NCBI GenBank assembly: GCA_046582655.1
Contig: JAYGDX010000407.1
Span: 1 to 14,488, forward strand
Direction of reading: 5' to 3'
From: Candidatus Poribacteria bacterium
GTDB lineage: Bacteria > Poribacteria > WGA-4E > UBA9662
DNA length: 14,488 nucleotides
How positions within the stretch are numbered: position 1 is the stretch's first letter; each line of letters begins with the position of its first letter. The translations under genes and the position numbers were made by a program. Shown one piece after another: positions 9,109 through 14,488 of this stretch. Under the pieces are notes generated by a model. The model worked only from the letters and a program-made list of their open reading frames with translations. It did not search any database and was not told the origin of the DNA.

Positions 9109-9270
9109 TTACGGGTTCAACTCCCGTACGGGGTATTGCGACTGGTGGGGGTAGTCAGTCTCCTCCCCAGTACCTTTCTCTACTCTCTCCTCAATCCTAA
9201 ATTTCACTTCCATTTTTCTATCAGGATAAGCTGTAATCCTTTCTATCAGTGCATGTATGGCTAATTTTAT
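9109..9270 (-). mobile_element. C-terminal remnant of a putative large serine recombinase overlapping the tRNA fragment antisense
   Basis: Open frame IKLAIHALIERITAYPDRKMEVKFRIEERVEKGTGEETDYPHQSQYPVRELNP*; LIERITxYPDRxxEVxF resembles the terminal motif of large serine recombinases; no catalytic domain present. Confidence 0.55.
9111..9135 (+). other. Orphan tRNA 3' fragment (T-arm plus acceptor 3' strand), probably tRNA-Glu; putative att site
   Basis: ACGGG-TTCAACT-CCCGT is a 5-bp T-stem with a 7-nt loop, followed by the 7-nt ACGGGGT and a discriminator A. No matching 5' acceptor strand, D arm or anticodon arm upstream. Confidence 0.7.
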
Positions 9271-9338
9271 TATGACTATACAAATACCAGAAAAATGATG
9301 GTTCTGAAGTAGTCTTCTGAGTTATCTGATTACATCAC

Positions 9339-9374
9339 AAGCCTTTCAGGTGAAACAGACTGGAGGGCTTTTTT
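9339..9374 (+). terminator. Rho-independent terminator (copy 1)
   Basis: AAGCCTTTCAG/CTGGAGGGCTT 11-bp stem followed by a T-tract. Confidence 0.7.
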
Positions 9375-9508
9375 GTTTTTGTCTGTCTATTTAGTTACGA
9401 AGAATTGTAGACTTCTTATTAACTTAGATACTTCCGTTATCTTTACAAGAATTGATGATTTTGATAAGATGAGAATAGCCTGAATTCATTGAAAGTAAAG
9501 GAGTCAAA

Positions 9509-10336
9509 ATGAAAGATCTTTTCACACTTGAGAATAAGACAGCTTTAGTTACAGGTGGTTCTATGGGAATAGGTTCAATGATAGCCAAGGGATTTTTACA
9601 TTTCGGTGCTAAGGTCTACATTGTATCTAGAAGAGAGGAAATACTTAAAGCAAAACAATTTGAGCTTTCAAAGATAGGACCATGTGAATATATTCAAGCC
9701 GATCTAGGAACTCTATCAGGGATTGAAAAATTGGTTAAACAATTTAGTGAAAAGGAATCGCAATTAGACATTCTAGTTAATAATGCGGGTATTTCTGATG
9801 GAGGGAAAGAAGTAGATAATATAACAGAAGAAGATTGGGATTCAGTTATGAATCTCAATCTCAAGACCATTTTTTTTATGATACAAAAGTTCTTACCATT
9901 GCTTAGAGTTGGTTGTTCACCTGAAACACCAAAAAGTGTTATTAACATTGCTTCTATTGACGGTTGCGGTAAAATTAATTCATTTTATAATTTTGCATAT
10001 GGTGTTAGCAAAGCAGGTGTCATTCAATTAGGTAAACATTTAGGAGATAGCTTGGCCTGGGAAGGAATACAACTAAATACAATTTCTCCAGGAGATTTTC
10101 CAACAGATTTAAACACTATTGCACGAGACCACACGGATGAAATGAAAAAATACATTCCAGGGAAACGTGTAGGTGAAAAAGAAAATCTTGCTGGCGCTGC
10201 GATATTCCTAGCTTCAAATGCGGGTAATTTTAGTGTTGGATCAAATATTGTAGTTGACGGGGGAGAAAGCGTGCGTGGGGTACAACGAGATTTTTATGCC
10301 AAAATACGGCCAGGCTTTGTAGATTTAGACAAATGA
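9509..10336 (+). CDS. Classical short-chain dehydrogenase/reductase (RhlG-like SDR, 275 aa)
   Basis: TGGSMGIG, NNAG, catalytic S and YGVSK, PG, VVDGG; RBS AAGGAG; visibly AT-rich. Confidence 0.93.
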   Translation: MKDLFTLENKTALVTGGSMGIGSMIAKGFLHFGAKVYIVSRREEILKAKQFELSKIGPCEYIQADLGTLSGIEKLVKQFSEKESQLDILVNNAGISDGGKEVDNITEEDWDSVMNLNLKTIFFMIQKFLPLLRVGCSPETPKSVINIASIDGCGKINSFYNFAYGVSKAGVIQLGKHLGDSLAWEGIQLNTISPGDFPTDLNTIARDHTDEMKKYIPGKRVGEKENLAGAAIFLASNAGNFSVGSNIVVDGGESVRGVQRDFYAKIRPGFVDLDK

Positions 10337-10458
10337 ATTTAAAGTGACTCAGATAAAAATTAACCCCGAAGAGTAGGCGGATAATACTGACAAGTGTGCA
10401 AATAGTCATACTATACCAGCACGAGGGGTATTCCCCCTCAATCTAAATCACTGATAAG

Positions 10459-10502
10459 AAAAGCTCTTCAGGTTAAGCAATTTGGAGGGCTTTTTTATTT
10501 TT
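10459..10502 (+). terminator. Rho-independent terminator (copy 2)
   Basis: AAAAGCTCTTCAGG/TTTGGAGGGCTTTT stem plus T-tract; homologous to 9339-9374. Confidence 0.72.
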
Positions 10503-10609
10503 GCTACTGACCTTTCAATCAGGTTTGAATTTTGATATTCTTCTTGTCACCAACTTCATTTGGAGTCTATGACAGATTAACTAGATCCTATCCAGGAGGT
10601 TAGAATTTT

Positions 10610-10910
10610 TTGGTGATTACAGCATACAGTTTTGGGGCTAGCACAGCAGCAGGTGCTAAAGACAATCGAGGTGGCTTCATTGCTAGACTAGGACCTGTTA
10701 ACATTCATTCATCAATACTTAAAGAATATATCGCAAGGATTGGCCATCAATCATGGAGTTGGTGGAGATACAACGCATGATATGATAAATCGCCTGAATG
10801 GAGTCCTCACGGAGCTAAAAGGCTATGAAAAACCTCTAGCATTAGTCACTCTGGGAATTAATGATATTCCAAGGATAGATGATAATCATGCAGCCAAAAG
10901 AATTAGGTAA
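10610..10910 (+). pseudogene. SGNH/GDSL hydrolase remnant (frameshifted and truncated)
   Basis: AGGAGG at 10594-10599; block I YSFGAST; after a frame change near 10695-10713, block II INHGVGGDTT and block III TLGINDI; stops at 10910 with no DxxH block V. Confidence 0.75.
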
Positions 10911-11242
10911 GTTTAATTTCTGTCTTATTGCCTGTCTTATCTTTTGTCGATTTGGAGTATTGGCAGTATGCTTATAGTCTTCACCTTACCACATTTTGGT
11001 TACAAAATTCCCACCAAATCTCCATTGTTTGCTCCAGAGGAAATCTAAGAGAAATCCCTAGAAAAACCACCGTCATGTAACCACAGTATGATACTTTTAT
11101 TGGTCCAAGGGGAGTATATACTGAGTTTCTGCCAGTAATGTGTACCTGGGCCAGAAAAAGGAGTAATGGTTTCAGTTGATACCATTGTGGCTCAAGTTGG
11201 GTTGCTATCTTTTAAAACTTTTGTATGAGTAGATTAAAACCG

Positions 11243-11271
11243 AGCCTGTGATTATCTATCTAGGACAGGCT
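11243..11271 (-). terminator. Possible terminator hairpin downstream of the 139-aa gene
   Basis: AGCCTGT/ACAGGCT 7-bp stem with a long loop and a short T-run on the minus strand. Confidence 0.25.
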
Positions 11272-11324
11272 TACTTTAGAAAAGAAGAATATAAAGACTC
11301 AATTGATTTCTTCAATAGCGAGGC

Positions 11325-11744
11325 TTATTTGTTGTCCGACAAATGATCAACTAACGCGCTTGCAATCCCATCAGACATACCATCTAAATCAATCTTTAGG
11401 TGATTGACAGATGCTTCTTCATGATTCGACTCAATACTCGATTGAGGGAATGTAATAAGTGATGTGTCAATAGTCTCATCAATCCATTCCTGAAACCAAC
11501 GGTCGAATTGATGTCCGGATTCTGCCATTTCCTGATTAAGTGTTTCGGCTCCAGGTCCTTCTAGCAAAACAATACCATAAGAACCACTAGGCATTTGGGC
11601 GAGCCATGATGCATGGCGAGTTATATCATATCGCTGGTTAAATTCGACGATTTCTTCTGCTCTTTTGGATAATTCGATACTCCATTGCTTATAAGCATCC
11701 AATTTCCCCTCTTTTATTGGAAAGGTGAAAAGTATAGTTCCCAT
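11325..11744 (-). CDS. Hypothetical protein, possibly dimeric alpha-beta barrel fold (139 aa)
   Basis: RBS AAGGAGA; FPIKEGKLDAY N-terminal pattern typical of ABM/dimeric barrel proteins; the fold is an inference. Confidence 0.7.
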   Translation of the reverse strand: MGTILFTFPIKEGKLDAYKQWSIELSKRAEEIVEFNQRYDITRHASWLAQMPSGSYGIVLLEGPGAETLNQEMAESGHQFDRWFQEWIDETIDTSLITFPQSSIESNHEEASVNHLKIDLDGMSDGIASALVDHLSDNK

Positions 11745-12053
11745 GTGTATCTCCTTTATGTATATTTTAGCCTAAATATCAAGATGAACCTGATTAGTTT
11801 TTATTGACTATAGATTATAAAACACTCATAGTCGTCGATTCCACCCTTCTATGATATTGAAGCATGATGCTTATGTAACTTGTTTTCTTGTTTCCAAATT
11901 TGATGATGGCTTTCAGTCTCCTGCCAAAGTTCAATAATTTAGATCATCTGGATTGGGTTGTTCAAAAATAGTATCTTATTCCCTACTTTTTTAATAACTC
12001 TAGGTCAGTTAAACTTTCCACAGTTAGGTAAGCTAAGGACCTAACCTGGCTGG

Positions 12054-12148
12054 TTACCAGCTCAATTCATCCAGCAAGGCTGTGGCGTCTTTTAAGTCCG
12101 CCGTTCAAACCCCTTTCGGTGAACCATTGCATATACGCCACTTCAGCA
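12054..12148 (-). pseudogene. C-terminal remnant of an adenylate cyclase/AAA-ATPase/TPR-type protein
   Basis: Allowing several indels it reads GVYAWFTEGFETADLKDATALLDELSW*, matching the conserved VYxWFTEGFDTxDLxxAxALLxEL tail. Confidence 0.7.
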
Positions 12149-12179
12149 CAGTATACGTGCCATCTGTAAATTAGCTTCA

Positions 12180-12689
12180 TTATTCTTTTACATCCTCGGT
12201 TTCTTTAACTTCACTTTGTCCTTTTAGATGTACCAATATTCCGTCCCACTCCGCCTTGAATTCTTCAAAATCGATACCACTATCGTTCAGGACGGTACTC
12301 CAATGGCGTGTATCTGTTGCACTCGCGACAGCCTCTTGAATTTGTTTTCCAGTTGCACCAAGCATTTTTGCCATGGTGGTATAAGCATAGATACAATAAT
12401 TACATGGAATTTAGGACGCCACTCCAAGGGGGATAAGTTGGGAATATTTGGCTGGAATGGCTGCATCCGGACTTAGCGTTGATTTGAACCATTCCCACGC
12501 ACCAGCACGCATATGCTCTGGATAGACTTTGAAAGACACTGGAGCTGCTCCGAAGGTTTCCTCCATTTCAGCCTCAACCTGTTTAGATGCATCTGTTGGA
12601 GTATCGTGTGAAAGCAGAGACGTTGAGAGTATAAAAACGGAAATAGATACAGCGATAGCAGTGATTGTTAGTTTCATGATCTTATTCAT
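12180..12689 (-). pseudogene. Exported AhpD/carboxymuconolactone decarboxylase family protein with an internal stop
   Basis: ORFs 12411-12689 and 12180-12374 share a frame: ...LGVAS*IPCNYCIYAYTTMAKMLGAT...RHWSTVLN; CxxC motif; N-terminal signal peptide; TAA at 12411-12413. Confidence 0.88.
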
Positions 12690-13259
12690 GTCATTTCTTC
12701 TTAGATTAACTGGAAATTATTAATTATATGTCTCTAGGTTTATTTAGTTTGCCAGAGATATGTTGAGAGATAAAAACTGAAAGGTTTTATGCGTTATATA
12801 GTAGAATATAAAAAATTAACATCGAACATTTAGCCTATATTTAAATTATAACACTGATTTAGGTAGCGAGATAATAAAAATGGCCCAATGGATATCGCGA
12901 CAGAGCCCTATAAATTCAGGGTTGATAATTATTCAGTTAGACGGCACGAATTAGATGGAAAGTATGGTGACATTTTGGTTGCTAAATTCGTGTTTTTGCT
13001 ATTTTTGCTGTTAAAATAGTTTCAAAATAAAGTTGGAAAAATTGAGTTTTCGAGACAGATTTGATATTCTATTAGAAAAGAGGTCCATCGGCGTAGCTGA
13101 GCTAGGATATAAAATATTATATGAGAAATGTCAGATTCATGTGAGAGATTTCAAGAGGTCTAATCAATTAATAAATATCAGAAATATGCGTTGAAACAAG
13201 ATTCTCGAAAGATTAAAGGTAATGAGGGAATTTTATTTAGGGATAAAATTTCAAGAGTA

Positions 13260-13287
13260 TAAATTTTAATTGATATTCTGCCTATGT
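13260..13287 (+). promoter_or_regulatory. Possible sigma-28 (FliA/SigD) promoter
   Basis: TAAA-N16-GCCTATGT versus consensus TAAA-N15/16-GCCGATA(A/T), ending 36 nt before the flagellin ATG; the region is AT-rich so a chance match is possible. Confidence 0.35.
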
Positions 13288-13323
13288 GTAGAACAGATCA
13301 ACTACCAACGACGAGGTAATAAA

Positions 13324-14469
13324 ATGGGATTCCGAATCAGAAATAATTCAGCTGCATCACTAGCCTATAAGTTTTATTCAAAAGCCCAAGCTGATCTGGA
13401 AAAGAACATTCAAAGGTTGGCTTCTGGACTACGTATCAACTCAGCGGCTGATGATATCAGTGGTGCCGCCATGGTCACCCGAATGGACAACCAGATTCGT
13501 GGTCTACAGGAAGCATCAAAGAACGCCAAAGGGGCCAGCGGCCTCCTCAAGATGGCAGAAAGCGGTCTGTCTGAGATTAACAGCCTTTTGTCACGATTGC
13601 GTGAGTTGACGGTTCAAGCCGCTTCCGATCAACTGACATCAGATGACCGGAGGAACATCAACCTGGAATTCGAGCAGTTGACCGGTGAGGTGGGGCGAAT
13701 AGCAAGGTTCGTTGAATACAACGATATCAAACTGCTGAACGGTGATTTTACTGCTAACAGCATTGACCCTGCAACCAGCACCTATGGCCCCTCAGCGGCG
13801 GAGGGAGGTGTCTCTGGTATTAAGTTGACCGGAGCTCTACCGGGTACATATACTTTTTCCCTTGAGGATCTTGATGGTGATGGAACTGATGAGACGATGC
13901 GAATTACGTCTGATGGCGCTACGGAGGATGTCAGCCTGCCACCCACACCAGCTGCGGGTGAAACGGCCAAGCTGACTTTCTCCCAATTGGGTGTTATGGT
14001 GACAATTAACGAAAATATGGGTCTGACAATTCCTAGTGTGGAAGGCCGTTATTTTAATGTCATAGAAGGTACTGGAGGAACGGTGCAGATTGGGATTGAT
14101 GACACGGCTGATTCACGTCTCCAGTTCAGTATTATGGATTCCACGGCTGTTGGGCTTGGCATAGATGGTCTTAATGTGGACAGCGTCGCCGATGCACGAG
14201 CGGCCATGAGTCAGTTGGATAAAGCTATTTCCCTGATTAGTGATGAACGAGGTAAACTGGGTTCGGTGCAGAACCGCTTGGAATTCACCATGTCCAACTT
14301 GGCTAACATGATTCAGGCTATCGATTCTTCTCGTTCTTCTATTCGGGATGTCGATTTCGCCAAAGAAATGACTGACATGGCGCGTAACCAGATTTTGGTG
14401 CAGTCCAGTTCATCCATATTGGCACAAGCCAATCAGATAAACCAAAGCGTCTTAGGACTACTAAAGTAG
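13324..14469 (+). CDS. fliC: Flagellin (381 aa)
   Basis: ATG at 13324 after GAGGT; N-terminal QRLASGLRINSAADD and RLRELTVQA; C-terminal RGKLGSVQNRLE, SSIRDVDFAKEM, ILAQANQ. Confidence 0.96.
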   Translation: MGFRIRNNSAASLAYKFYSKAQADLEKNIQRLASGLRINSAADDISGAAMVTRMDNQIRGLQEASKNAKGASGLLKMAESGLSEINSLLSRLRELTVQAASDQLTSDDRRNINLEFEQLTGEVGRIARFVEYNDIKLLNGDFTANSIDPATSTYGPSAAEGGVSGIKLTGALPGTYTFSLEDLDGDGTDETMRITSDGATEDVSLPPTPAAGETAKLTFSQLGVMVTINENMGLTIPSVEGRYFNVIEGTGGTVQIGIDDTADSRLQFSIMDSTAVGLGIDGLNVDSVADARAAMSQLDKAISLISDERGKLGSVQNRLEFTMSNLANMIQAIDSSRSSIRDVDFAKEMTDMARNQILVQSSSSILAQANQINQSVLGLLK

Positions 14470-14488
14470 CGGAAGACGGTTAAAATTA

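Noticed and set aside
9060..9140. Complete tRNA gene
   Set aside because: Only the T-arm and 3' acceptor strand are present; upstream sequence cannot form the D or anticodon arms.
3623..9253. Near-identical 22-23 bp direct repeat CTGTAAT(G/CC)..TTCTATCAGTGCA at 3623 and 9231
   Set aside because: On the minus strand both encode A-L-I-E within unrelated remnants (HEAT and recombinase-like); most simply a codon coincidence.
6224..10712. 12-bp inverted match ATGAATGAATGT / ACATTCATTCAT
   Set aside because: Low-complexity AT-rich 12-mer; several such matches are expected by chance in 14 kb.
7434..12413. Stop-codon recoding or programmed frameshifting as the explanation for interrupted genes
   Set aside because: Internal stops include both TAA and TAG, which also end intact genes normally, and the shift sites lack slippery heptamers.
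756..12736. CTAG at several fragment boundaries as a possible IS target signature
   Set aside because: CTAG also occurs frequently inside intact genes here, so no enrichment can be claimed.
1046..14469. Flagellin glycosylation island or a single coherent pathway
   Set aside because: No glycosyltransferases or nucleotide-sugar biosynthesis genes; genes differ in orientation and composition and are separated by unrelated remnants.
1..14488. CRISPR array or tandem repeat array
   Set aside because: No regularly spaced direct repeats were seen on manual reading.

Overview
Compositionally mosaic accessory region, probably from a Ca. Poribacteria-like marine bacterium (inferred from a decayed FlgD-Ig-like C-terminal domain typical of that group, plus FGE/SUMF1, Gfo/Idh/MocA and PhyH genes). 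Apparently intact genes: two Gfo/Idh/MocA oxidoreductases, an NTF2/SnoaL-like lipoprotein, an AT-rich SDR, a 139-aa hypothetical protein and a flagellin. Four full-length genes are broken: a PhyH dioxygenase, a D-2-hydroxyacid dehydrogenase and a third Gfo/Idh/MocA gene by -1 frameshifts, and an AhpD/CMD protein by a nonsense codon. The FGE lipoprotein is truncated. The 'intergenic' DNA contains short gene remnants, most of them missed by the ORF track (HEAT repeat, TIR, SpoIIE/PP2C, FlgD-Ig, SGNH hydrolase, AAA/TPR C-terminus). The most informative element is at 9109-9270: an orphan tRNA 3' end (probably Glu) overlapped antisense by the last codons of a serine-recombinase-like remnant, suggesting a tRNA-anchored island built by repeated integration. 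Two candidate structured RNAs lie at 5021-5151 and 7769-7867; the latter can pair with the Shine-Dalgarno. I cannot support a complete novel multi-gene system from the sequence alone. All family assignments are by motif recognition, not database search.
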